From the IMG/VR virus record IMGVR_UViG_3300037440_000380, positions 1 through 24,703 of that record: 24,703 bases of DNA, one strand, 5' to 3'. A model generated the notes under the pieces. That model did no database searches and was not told where the DNA came from. It saw only the letters and a list, made by a program, of their open reading frames with translations. Of this stretch, positions 8,703 to 17,278 are shown in pieces (the first letter of the stretch is position 1; the number at the start of each line of letters is the position of its first letter). The translations under genes were made by a program, and so were the position numbers. Source of the DNA: a virus (Duplodnaviria; Caudoviricetes).

Positions 8703-8927
8703 GACTTGGCATACACGTTCGATGCAGTCAAGGACGATGGCAAGGCCGGACTGCGAATCCAGTGGAGGGATCCCGATGCGACGCCGACTCGCCGGGTCAG
8801 CCTCGGTCTCGCGTCTGACGGGAAGCTCACGCTCTTCGTCTTCGATCGAGACGAGGTGCACGAGTTCTGGGAGTCGAGGTCTGAACCGGGGACGATCGTG
8901 CAGGCGCTCAGGCGGTTTCTCTTGTGA
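8699..8927 (+). CDS. Hypothetical protein (start TTG 8706, or ATG 8699 with a +1 slip)
   Basis: ORF 8706-8927 has coding-like bias; ATGA-coupled ATG 8699 joins it if one T of CTTG is removed. Confidence 0.55.
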
Positions 8928-8930
8928 CGC

Positions 8931-8971
8931 GGCACGCAGCTTGCCTCGGCGGTCGAGGCAAGCGCCGTGCC
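8931..8971. terminator. Stem-loop closing the accessory operon, just before cosQ
   Basis: GCTTGCCTCG/CGAGGCAAGC inner stem, GGCACG/CGTGCC outer stem; no U-tract, so function uncertain. Confidence 0.45.
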
Positions 8972-8974
8972 AAC

Positions 8975-9015
8975 GGGTCCTTCCCGGCGTCCGAAAGAAA
9001 GCGGTGGCATTGGCT
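8975..9015 (+). other. Putative cos packaging site (cosQ-like GGGTCCT, then predicted cosN)
   Basis: ACGGGTCCTTCCCGGCGTCCGAAAG resembles lambda ACGGGTCCTTTCCGGTGATCCGACAG (recalled); intergenic, just upstream of terS and a gpA-type terL. Confidence 0.7.
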
Positions 9016-9097
9016 GCTCTATCTCACACATTTCCCTGCAACGACTTAGAGCGATGATTCACGCCAAGACCTACGCGAAAGGGCCTCCCCGGGGTGA

Positions 9098-9613
9098 ATG
9101 AAGCGCTACGCCACCAGCATAGCCGAGCTCGCGGCCGCGGTCGGGAAAGCCTCGGCGACGCTGCTCGGGTACAAGCACCGCGGCTGTCCCTGCGGCGCCG
9201 AGCACAAGGACAAGCAGGGGCGCTACAGCGTGATCGCGGTAAGGCGTTGGCTCAAGGACCACGGCTATCTCGCCGCGCGGTCGCCGAACCCGAACGGCGG
9301 CGCCGCTGGACCGAAGCGCGCCGGCGACGACACGGCGCGGCTCCGGAAGGCGCAGGCGGACGAGCGCGAGCACCGGGCGGCGATCGCGGCGCTCGAGGAG
9401 AAGCGACTGCGCTCGGAGCTCGTCAGCGTCGAGGCTGTGCGCGAGCTCAACCGCAGGACCATGGAGTTCCTCGCGGACGAGCTCGAGAACTGGGTCCGCG
9501 CGCTCGGTCCGGCGCTCGCCGGGAAGACGGCTGTCGAAGTGAACCGGGTCATGAAAGCGAAAGTGAGAGAGCTGCTACGTGAATTCGCCGCACGACGGAA
9601 CTTCAGCGATTGA
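9098..9613 (+). CDS. terS: Terminase small subunit (Nu1-like)
   Basis: N-terminal winged-HTH-like ELAAAVG....L..Y..RGCP...RYSVIAVRRW, coiled coil ARLRKAQAD, ELV motif; position. Confidence 0.85.
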   Translation: MKRYATSIAELAAAVGKASATLLGYKHRGCPCGAEHKDKQGRYSVIAVRRWLKDHGYLAARSPNPNGGAAGPKRAGDDTARLRKAQADEREHRAAIAALEEKRLRSELVSVEAVRELNRRTMEFLADELENWVRALGPALAGKTAVEVNRVMKAKVRELLREFAARRNFSD

Positions 9614-11429
9614 GCTGCTCGAGCGGTCCCAGTGGGGCGCGTTCTCGGAGACCGAGTTCGAGCCGGTCGACAAGTGGGCCGAGCGCGTCATCGTGCTGCC
9701 GCGTAGCGTCAGCTCGATTCCCGGGAAGCTCTCGCTCGACTGGTGTCCCTACCTCCGTCAGCCGCTCAGGGACGTCACCGACGACCAGGTCGAGCAGGTG
9801 ACGCTCTGCTGGTCGACGCAGGTGGGGAAGACGCTCGCGGAGATCGCCGTGGTGCTCTACGCGATCGTCGAGCTGAAGCGGCCGGCGATGCTGGTCATGC
9901 CGACGGACCCGGCTGCGACCGGCATCAACGTCGAGCGGGTGCAGCCGATCATCCGCGAGTCGCCGGAGCTGGCGAAGCTGCTCGACCCGGGCCGGAAGAA
10001 GGAGATGAACCGCGGCTCGGTGCGGCTCGGCGGCATCTGGCTGCACTTCGTCGGGGCGCGATCGCCGACCGAGCTATCCTCGCGGGCGAAGGGATTCATC
10101 TGTCTCGACGAGACCGACAAGTACGAGGAGTGGACCGGGAAGGAGGCCGACCCGATCGAGCTCGCGACCGAGCGCGCGCGGACCTTCCTGGACCGCGTGG
10201 TGCTGAAGGCGTCGACCCCGACGACTGATAGGAAGTACATCTGGCCTGAGCTGCTGGCCTCGACGAATGAGCGCTACAACGTTCCGTGTCCGCGCTGCGG
10301 CGAGTACCAGGCACTCGAGATGGGATCGCCGCACGAGGGGGGGCACGGCATTAAGTGGCCGGAGGGGGTGCGGGACCCCGACCAGGTGGTGGACGGGCGG
10401 CTGGCCTGGTACCAGTGCCGTGAGTGCGGGGGACGGATAGAGGACCAGCACAAGGACGCAATGCTGCGCCGTGGTGTCTGGGCGCCGCTCGGGACCCCCG
10501 TCTCGAATACGGGTGAGGTCCTCGGGAAGCCGGCGTCGCGGCGGAAGACCGGCTATCACCTCTGGGCGGCGTACTCGCCGTGGCTGACGTTCAGCGAGAT
10601 TGCCGCGAAGTTCCTGTCCTGCTACCGGAACGGCCGTCCCGTGGCCGCGAAGCTCATGAACTTCCGCAACAGTTGGCAGGCGCTTCCCTGGCAGGAGACG
10701 AAGCTCGAGCTGAAGGAAGACCGGATCCGCGCCTGCATGCTGCCGTATCCGCAGAAGCGCGTCCCCGAAGGCGTCCGGCATCTCGTCGTTACAGTCGACG
10801 TCCAGTCGGAGGCCGGCCAGACCTACGTCTTCTACGTCCTGCGCGGCTGGGGCGCCATGGGCGAGTCGTGGCTCATCGAGTTCGGACGGAAGAGCTCGTG
10901 GGAGGACATTGCGGAACTCTTCCGAGGCGTCTACGAGAGCGAGGGGGGCCGGCGTCTGCGGGTGGACTTCGCGCTCATCGACAGCGGCTACCGGACGGAC
11001 GAGGTCTACCAGTTCTGCCTGAAGACTGGCGCCTGGGCGGTGAAGGGCGTCGGCCGCGCTCAATCACAGCAGCGCCAGAGCGTCGTCAGCGTCTCGGGCG
11101 AGGACGTCCGGATGCTCAGCATTTCGACCGACTACTACAAGGACAAACTTCACCGGCTCGTCCGTGAGCAGGACCGGTGGCACATTCCGATGGACGTGGC
11201 GGCCGAATACTTCGACCACATGGTCGCCGAGCAGAAAGTGCAGGAAGTCTCGAAGCGTACCGGCCGCGTCGACTTCGTCTGGCGCTGCGTCCCCGATGGG
11301 ACTCCGAACCACGCGTTCGACTGCGAGACGTACCAGGTGGCGGCGGCCGAACTGTTGCAGCTCGAGACCAAGGCGCCGGAGCAGGACGGGCAGCGCGTCG
11401 TGCGGTGGCGGGAGGAGGTGATCAGGTGA
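9579..11429 (+). CDS. terL: Terminase large subunit, lambda gpA family
   Basis: PYLR, Walker A STQVGKT, Walker B ICLDETD, ERARTF, STPT, CPRC/CREC, nuclease VDVQ, IDSGY, NHAFDCETY. Confidence 0.97.
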   Translation: MNSPHDGTSAIELLERSQWGAFSETEFEPVDKWAERVIVLPRSVSSIPGKLSLDWCPYLRQPLRDVTDDQVEQVTLCWSTQVGKTLAEIAVVLYAIVELKRPAMLVMPTDPAATGINVERVQPIIRESPELAKLLDPGRKKEMNRGSVRLGGIWLHFVGARSPTELSSRAKGFICLDETDKYEEWTGKEADPIELATERARTFLDRVVLKASTPTTDRKYIWPELLASTNERYNVPCPRCGEYQALEMGSPHEGGHGIKWPEGVRDPDQVVDGRLAWYQCRECGGRIEDQHKDAMLRRGVWAPLGTPVSNTGEVLGKPASRRKTGYHLWAAYSPWLTFSEIAAKFLSCYRNGRPVAAKLMNFRNSWQALPWQETKLELKEDRIRACMLPYPQKRVPEGVRHLVVTVDVQSEAGQTYVFYVLRGWGAMGESWLIEFGRKSSWEDIAELFRGVYESEGGRRLRVDFALIDSGYRTDEVYQFCLKTGAWAVKGVGRAQSQQRQSVVSVSGEDVRMLSISTDYYKDKLHRLVREQDRWHIPMDVAAEYFDHMVAEQKVQEVSKRTGRVDFVWRCVPDGTPNHAFDCETYQVAAAELLQLETKAPEQDGQRVVRWREEVIR

Positions 11430-12136
11430 ACAGTAAGTCACGAACGACGGACGTTGATACAATCAAGAAAGCGGTGTTGAAGCATCTGGGTGTGAAGCCG
11501 AAAGTCTTGATCTCAGTCCCAAACCTCGGCGAGATCGACCGCTTCGTCGTGGCGCGGCTCTTCGAGCTCTACGACGACGACCGCTTCGACTCGAAGCTCG
11601 CCTTCCCCTCAACGACGCCGAGCGAGGCATGTCGGAGCCATGCGCTCCGGCAGTTCCTCGCCGGCGAGTTCGAATGGTGGCTGTCGATCGACGCCGACAA
11701 CCCGCCGGCCGGGAACCCGCTTGACCTCATCGACTACGACTGCGACCTCGTCGGCTGCCCGACGCCGGTCTGGCGGCACAACTCCCGGGACGAGCCGACG
11801 CTCACGTGGAACGCGTACAGGAAACATAAGGACGGCTACGAGCCGCTCCCGATGCGGCCGGGCGTCGGCATGGAGGAAGTCGACGCCATCGGGACCGGTT
11901 GCTTCCTTGCCCACCGCCGGATCTTCGCCGGCGATGTCCTCGAGCGGCCGTTCCAGCGCCTCTGGAACCCGGACGGCACCGTCGAGCTCGGGAGCGACCT
12001 GGCCTTCTGCGAGCGCGTCAAGGCCGCCGGGTTCAAGGTGCACGTCCACTGGGGATATCCCTGTAACCACTTCTCGACGGTGAACCTCGCCGACGTCATG
12101 GCGATCGTCGGCCGCGCCAGGAAGGGGGAGCCGTGA
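11426..12136 (+). CDS. GT-A fold (GT2-like) glycosyltransferase
   Basis: KVLISVP, WWLSIDAD (DxD), EVDAIGTGCFLAHRRIF, GSDLAFCERVKAAGFKVHV...CNH; GTGA overlap with terL. Confidence 0.85.
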   Translation: MNSKSRTTDVDTIKKAVLKHLGVKPKVLISVPNLGEIDRFVVARLFELYDDDRFDSKLAFPSTTPSEACRSHALRQFLAGEFEWWLSIDADNPPAGNPLDLIDYDCDLVGCPTPVWRHNSRDEPTLTWNAYRKHKDGYEPLPMRPGVGMEEVDAIGTGCFLAHRRIFAGDVLERPFQRLWNPDGTVELGSDLAFCERVKAAGFKVHVHWGYPCNHFSTVNLADVMAIVGRARKGEP

Positions 12137-12663
12137 ACGTCATCGAGGAGCTGAGGTCGCTCGCGACCCGCGACGAGCAGAGCTTCACTCGGAACGGTCC
12201 GTCCGGCTACCTGGCCATCGACGAGATGGCGGTCGAGCTCGAGGTCGCCGAGTTCCTCCACGCTTTCGTCCGCGCCACGAAGCCGGCGCGCTGCGTCGAG
12301 AGCGGCGCCGGGAAGGGGTACTCGACCGCGGCGATCGCCGACGCGCTGCGCCTGAACGGCTCTGGGATGCTCTGGTCCTACGAGCGCGACGACCACTACC
12401 GGCGGATCGCCTACGAGCGCGTCGCCGATATTGGCTTCGCCGCGGTCATCGATGGCGACTCGCGGGACTCGGCCGAGCGGCCCGACTTCGTCTTCCTCGA
12501 CTCGGGTCCGGAGACCCGGCCGGCCGAGATCTCGCACTGGCTCAGGGTGCAGGGCGTCATCCTCGTCGTGCACGACGCATTCAGGTATCCGGAGCTCCGC
12601 GGCGGCGCCGGCTTCCTTCTCAGGACGCCGCGGGGACTCTGGTTCCGCGACGAAAGGAAGTGA
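12133..12663 (+). CDS. Class I SAM-dependent methyltransferase (small-molecule/O-methyl type)
   Basis: FLHAFVRATKP..CVESGAGKGYST, WSYE.D, DFVFLDS, LVVHDA. Confidence 0.85.
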   Translation: MNVIEELRSLATRDEQSFTRNGPSGYLAIDEMAVELEVAEFLHAFVRATKPARCVESGAGKGYSTAAIADALRLNGSGMLWSYERDDHYRRIAYERVADIGFAAVIDGDSRDSAERPDFVFLDSGPETRPAEISHWLRVQGVILVVHDAFRYPELRGGAGFLLRTPRGLWFRDERK

Positions 12664-12667
12664 CCCT

Positions 12668-12925
12668 ATGGACAAGCATTCGAGGACGCGGCTCGCCGAT
12701 GGCGGCGAGCGCAGGAAGAAGCCGGCCGATGACGAACCGGCCGAGGAAGGCGAGGTCGACGTCACGGGTGGCGTGGAGGCGCCGCCGCCGGGGATCGTCT
12801 GCCCGAAGTGCGCCTCAGACGACCACTACGTCTTCCGGACCATCAGCCTCGGCACCGGCCGCAGGCGACAGCGCTGCTGCCGCAAGTGCGGGAAGCGTTT
12901 CGAGACCTGGGAGGCGCTCGCCTGA
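12668..12925 (+). CDS. Zn-ribbon protein (NrdR N-terminus/Ogr-Delta-like), possible late-gene regulator
   Basis: CPKC....V.RT......RQRCCRKCGKRFETWE; AAGGAAG upstream of ATG 12668. Confidence 0.75.
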   Translation: MDKHSRTRLADGGERRKKPADDEPAEEGEVDVTGGVEAPPPGIVCPKCASDDHYVFRTISLGTGRRRQRCCRKCGKRFETWEALA

Positions 12926-12927
12926 CC

Positions 12928-12978
12928 TGCTATATATGCAATCTTGTTGACTGGTAGTGCTGTTTGCCGCCATACGAT
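12928..12978 (+). promoter_or_regulatory. Putative late promoter with upstream near-palindrome
   Basis: Only AT-rich gap before the head genes: TGCTATATATGCA (12928-12940), TTGACT (12947-12952), TACGAT (12973-12978; 20-bp spacer is non-canonical). Confidence 0.45.
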
Positions 12979-12983
12979 GCTCT

Positions 12984-13199
12984 ATGGCGACAGCAGCTCA
13001 GATCCGTGCGGCGGTTGACACCGAGGTCCTCGCGAGGATCCAGGGGAAGGCGATCGACCGTTACTCGCTCCAGGACGGCCGCAGCGTCCAGAAGTCTCCC
13101 CTCGCCGAGCTGCTGCGGGTCCGCGAGCACTACGCCGCGCAGGCCATCCAGGAAGAGTTCGGCTCGGCCATCGCCGGCTTCAGGTTCTTCGAGCCATGA
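12984..13199 (+). CDS. Head-tail adaptor, gpW-like
   Basis: 71 aa, RYSLQDGRSV...LAELLRVREHY; immediately before portal with ATGA overlap. Confidence 0.78.
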   Translation: MATAAQIRAAVDTEVLARIQGKAIDRYSLQDGRSVQKSPLAELLRVREHYAAQAIQEEFGSAIAGFRFFEP

Positions 13200-14728
13200 G
13201 CGCCGTCGGCCGTCTCTTCGCCTCGGTATTCCCAGGGTGGGCGCTCCGACGCGCCGTGGCGCGGGTGCACCTGCGGCACGTGAGCGGCCTACTCTCAGAG
13301 CACGTCAACGACACCCAGAAGCGGCTGCGGCGGGAGCGCACCGTGTCGGTCGAGCAGGATGTGCAGCAGAACCGGGCGAAGCTGCTGGCGATCGCGCGGA
13401 CGCTCTACGCGACGAACTCATGGGCCGTCGGCGCCGTCAACTCGATCACCGGGAACGTCATCGGCCGCGGCATGCGTCCTGAGAGCGCCATCGAGATGAA
13501 GAGCGGGACGTCCGCTGGCCTGCCCGACACCAAGGCGAACGACCGCGTCGAGAAGGTGTTCTCCGACTGGGCGCAGAACGCCGACCTGACGGGACGCAAG
13601 AGCCTCTCGTCGCTGCAGCGGAGCCTCTACCGCGAGCGTTGGATCGCCAACGATGTTTTCCTCAGGCGGCACACCGTCGACCGCGGCCGCGGTCGGGTGC
13701 CGCTGGCGCTCGAGGTCGTCTCGGGCGAGCAGCTCAGCGACCGGACGGACAAGGCGAACGGCATCGTTCAAGGTGTACAGTTCGAAGCCGGCCGTCCGGT
13801 CGCCTATCACTTCTTCCGCGAAGATGGCTCGACGGAAGTCGAGGTGGTCTCGGCGGACCAGGTGGTCCATCTCTTCAAGCCGCACCGGCCGGGCGCGGTC
13901 CGCGGACTCTCCCCCATGGGGCCGGTCTGGGACAAGTTCGACGCGCTCAAGCGGTACCTCAACCACGAGCTGACCCGGGCGCAGATCGCCAGTGCATTCG
14001 TCTTCCTCCACAAGACGGCCGGCTCGCCGCTCACCGGACTCAAGAGCGCGCAGAGCCCGCAGAACCTCGACGACCACGGGAACAAGCTCGTCGACATCTA
14101 CGATGGCGGCGGTCTCTACATCCACGGCGGCACCGGGGACTCGCTCGAAAGCGTCGCGCCGGCAATCCAGTCGACGGCGTTCGACCCCTTCGTGACCCTG
14201 GTCCTGCGCTCGATCGCCACCGGAATCGGGATCAGCTACGAGCTGCTGGCGCGCGACTTCACGCGCACGAACTTCTCCTCGGCGCGCCAGTCGAGCCTCG
14301 AGGACCGCCGGCAATGGGAGCCGGAGCAGACCGAGTTCATCGACGAGGTCCTCGCCGTCGTCTGGGACTGGTTCGTCGATGCGGCGCGTTTGGGCGGCGT
14401 CGTGCCGTTCACCGCGACCCGCGCGGGATGGCCGGTCTCCTGGACGCCGCAGGGATGGCAGTGGGTCGACCCGCAGAAGGAGGTCACAGCCACCGCGACG
14501 GCGATCGAGATCGGCCTTGACAACCCGGTCGACGCCTGCCGGCGTCTCGGCCGGGACCTCTACGACAACGTGAAGAAGAAGGCGGCTGCCGAGAAGTTCG
14601 CCGCCGAGCAGGGGACGTCCCTGGGAAAGAAGACGGAGAGCGCGACAGATGTCGATCTCGAAGACGAAGAGGAAGAAGAAGCGCCTGGCGATGCAGACAG
14701 CAGCCAGGGACCGCGCAAGGTCGCGTGA
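13196..14728 (+). CDS. Portal protein, lambda family
   Basis: AR.LYATN, GVQFE.GRPVAYH, HLF...RPGAVRGLS, GISYELL.RD...NFSSAR, WQWVDPQKE. Confidence 0.96.
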   Translation: MSAVGRLFASVFPGWALRRAVARVHLRHVSGLLSEHVNDTQKRLRRERTVSVEQDVQQNRAKLLAIARTLYATNSWAVGAVNSITGNVIGRGMRPESAIEMKSGTSAGLPDTKANDRVEKVFSDWAQNADLTGRKSLSSLQRSLYRERWIANDVFLRRHTVDRGRGRVPLALEVVSGEQLSDRTDKANGIVQGVQFEAGRPVAYHFFREDGSTEVEVVSADQVVHLFKPHRPGAVRGLSPMGPVWDKFDALKRYLNHELTRAQIASAFVFLHKTAGSPLTGLKSAQSPQNLDDHGNKLVDIYDGGGLYIHGGTGDSLESVAPAIQSTAFDPFVTLVLRSIATGIGISYELLARDFTRTNFSSARQSSLEDRRQWEPEQTEFIDEVLAVVWDWFVDAARLGGVVPFTATRAGWPVSWTPQGWQWVDPQKEVTATATAIEIGLDNPVDACRRLGRDLYDNVKKKAAAEKFAAEQGTSLGKKTESATDVDLEDEEEEEAPGDADSSQGPRKVA

Positions 14729-16808
14729 GGAGTCCGGGGAAGTCTTCACGCGCGACGCGACGATCGAGCGCCAGAGCATCGATGCCGAGGCGCGGACGGT
14801 CGAGGTCTCGTTCTCGTCCCAGGCCGCCGTGCGCGATCGCTTCTTCGGACCCCCGACCACGCTGCTTCATGAAGAGAAGGCTGTCGACCTTTCCGTCCTC
14901 CGCACCATGGGTGCGGCGCTTCTCAATCACGACCCGAGCATCGAATCCATCGTCGGGCGCATCGAGTCGGTATCGGTCGACGAGAAGTCGCGCAAGGGAC
15001 GCGCGACGATCAAGTTCGACGACGACGACGTTGGGAACCGCGCCTTCGCGAAGGTGCAGAGCGGCTCGCTCAGGGGAGTCAGCGTCCGCTTCAGCGTCGA
15101 CAAGGCGCAGCTCGTCGGCGAGCGCGAGGAATGGACCTCGCCGGGTGGACAGACGTTCAAGGGCGGCGACCGCGGTCTCGAGGTCGCCACGCGGTGGACG
15201 CCGCGGGAAATCTCACTGACGCCGATTCCGGCCGACGTCACCGTCGGCGTGGGCCGGCAGGAAAAGAAGGAGAAGGCCATGTTCTCGGAAAAGACTCTCG
15301 CAAGGCTTGCGGTCCGCGGCCTCTCGGCCGACGGGTTCGCGAGCGAGGAGGCGGCGATCGCCGTCCTCGACAAGCTGGACGCGGCGGAGGCGCGCGCGGC
15401 GCCGCCGGCGGACCCGCCGCCGGCACCCGCAGCGCCGCCGGCTCAGAATCCCGACCTGGCCGCCGCGGCGCTGAAGGCGAAGGGCGAGGCGCGGGCGAAG
15501 GTCGTCGCGTTCCAGGACCTCGCGGCGCGCATCGGCGACCCTGCGAAGGCGGTCGAGTGGTTCGACAAGGACCGCGACGTCGATGACGTCCGGACCGAGG
15601 TCATCGAGGTCCTGTCGCGCCGCAATCCGACTCCGGCGGGCCCGCCGCTCGAGCGCGGCCACGACGAGATCGACAAGGTGCGCGAGGTCTGCTACGGCGC
15701 CATGCTCCTGCGCGGCCGGATCAAGTACGAGCGCCCGAAGGATTTCCAGGAGGAGATCCCCGCCGGCATTCGCTCGAGCGAAATCGCGCGGATGATGCTG
15801 GCAGCACGCGGCATCGTCCTGCCGCGTTTCGCGCGGCCGATCGACTACGTGCTGCGCGCTCTCTCGCACACGAGCGGCGACTTCCCGACCCTGCTCTCGA
15901 ACGTCGCCAACAAAAGCATGCAGCAGGGGTTCATGGAGGCCGCGACCACGTACCAGCGATGGACCGTCGCCGGCACGGCTCCGGACTTCAAGATCGGCAG
16001 CCGGCCGGCGCTCGGCGAGATCCAGGACTTCGAGCTCGTGCCGGACGGGATGCCGCTCCCCGAGTCGACGATCAGCGAGACGGGCGAGAACGTCCAGCTC
16101 CAGACCTACGGCAGGAAGTTCGTGATCGGCCGCCAGGCATGGATGAATGACGACCAGGGCGCCTTCACCCGCATCCCGCTCCTCTTCGGGAACGCCGGCG
16201 CGCGGACGATCAACAAGGCGGTCTACGACCATCTGACGTCGGCCGCAGGCATCGGCCCGACGATGGCTGAGGACAGCATCGCGCTCTTCGCGACGACCCA
16301 TCCGTCGGGCGCCAACTACATCACCGGCGCGGGCACTACCCTCCAGACCTCGCAGCTCGCGGTCGGCAAGGCGAACATGCGCCGCCAGAAGGGGATCACG
16401 GCGTCGGGACATCCGGGCGCCGTGACGCCGTCGAGTGCGCGGCTCAACATCTCCCCGCGCATCCTGCTCGTCCCGGCGACGCTCGAGCAGACCGCCGACG
16501 CGATCGTCAACGGGATCTACTTCCCGACGACCGCGGCGACGGCTCAGACGGCCTACGACCGTTCGCTCGAGGTCCTCGTCGAGGCGCTGCTCGACGACGC
16601 GACGAACGGCACGACGGCCTGGTATCTCGTCGCCGACCCGTCCACGACCGACACCGTCGAGGTGACCCGGCTCGAAGGCCAGAGCGGACCCGAGTTCATG
16701 CAGCTCGACACCGGCGACCAGCTCGGCTTCGCCTGGGCCGGTTTCGTCGACTACGGCACCAGGGCGCTCCAGCACCGCGGCCTGTTCCGTTCGAAGGGCG
16801 CCGCGTAG
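14649..16808 (+). CDS. Prohead protease - major capsid protein fusion
   Basis: Protease LLNHD, GSLRGVSVRF, WTPREISLTPIPAD; linker; capsid HTSGDFP.LLSNVANK, DFK, TYGRKF.I.RQ..MNDD.GAF, P.ILLVP, W.GFVDYG; start 14649 or 14691. Confidence 0.93.
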   Translation: MSISKTKRKKKRLAMQTAARDRARSREESGEVFTRDATIERQSIDAEARTVEVSFSSQAAVRDRFFGPPTTLLHEEKAVDLSVLRTMGAALLNHDPSIESIVGRIESVSVDEKSRKGRATIKFDDDDVGNRAFAKVQSGSLRGVSVRFSVDKAQLVGEREEWTSPGGQTFKGGDRGLEVATRWTPREISLTPIPADVTVGVGRQEKKEKAMFSEKTLARLAVRGLSADGFASEEAAIAVLDKLDAAEARAAPPADPPPAPAAPPAQNPDLAAAALKAKGEARAKVVAFQDLAARIGDPAKAVEWFDKDRDVDDVRTEVIEVLSRRNPTPAGPPLERGHDEIDKVREVCYGAMLLRGRIKYERPKDFQEEIPAGIRSSEIARMMLAARGIVLPRFARPIDYVLRALSHTSGDFPTLLSNVANKSMQQGFMEAATTYQRWTVAGTAPDFKIGSRPALGEIQDFELVPDGMPLPESTISETGENVQLQTYGRKFVIGRQAWMNDDQGAFTRIPLLFGNAGARTINKAVYDHLTSAAGIGPTMAEDSIALFATTHPSGANYITGAGTTLQTSQLAVGKANMRRQKGITASGHPGAVTPSSARLNISPRILLVPATLEQTADAIVNGIYFPTTAATAQTAYDRSLEVLVEALLDDATNGTTAWYLVADPSTTDTVEVTRLEGQSGPEFMQLDTGDQLGFAWAGFVDYGTRALQHRGLFRSKGAA

Positions 16809-16856
16809 TCGGAGGCAGCGGAAGAGTTTTCGTGACAAAACGAAGAGGTTTCCACA

Positions 16857-17207
16857 ATGGCTAACAACAAAATCTCCGAAGGCGGACGGCTCATCGTGGT
16901 CGCTGCGACCGCGAAGACGAGCGGCGCCGTCGAGGTGAACGGCGGCGACACCATCGGCATCGTCGCCGATACGGTCGCCAACGGCGCAGTCTACGGCGTC
17001 CACATCGACGGCGAATGGGAGCTCGCGAAGAACACCGGCGTGACGCTGACGGCCGGCGAGGACGTCTACTGGGACGGCACCGAGCTGACCACGGTCGCGA
17101 CGAGCAACACGCGCATCGGCGTCGCGTCGAAGGCGGCCACGACGACCGCCTCTCGCGGCCGGATTCTGCTCAACCATCCGAACGTCCTGCTCGCGCCGCA
17201 GACGTAA
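16857..17207 (+). CDS. DUF2190-like capsid-associated (decoration/cement) protein
   Basis: N.ISEG..L, SG.V, G.....A.G, G.WELAK, GEDVYWD, IGVA; position after capsid gene. Confidence 0.8.
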   Translation: MANNKISEGGRLIVVAATAKTSGAVEVNGGDTIGIVADTVANGAVYGVHIDGEWELAKNTGVTLTAGEDVYWDGTELTTVATSNTRIGVASKAATTTASRGRILLNHPNVLLAPQT

Positions 17208-17222
17208 ACCGCCACAGCCCCA

Positions 17223-17266
17223 GGCCGGCCGCCTTCCCATGATGGGCGGCCGGCCAACCTCCTTTC
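17223..17266 (+). terminator. Stem-loop after capsid/decoration genes
   Basis: GGCCGGCCGCC/GGCGGCCGGCC perfect 11-bp stem, weak pyrimidine tail. Confidence 0.55.
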
Positions 17267-17278
17267 CGTGAAGCCGCC

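Noticed and set aside
14649-14728. Portal/protease gene overlap as a dual-coding element
   Set aside because: Low-complexity acidic vs basic tails and an alternative start at 14691; such overlaps are ordinary in phage head operons.
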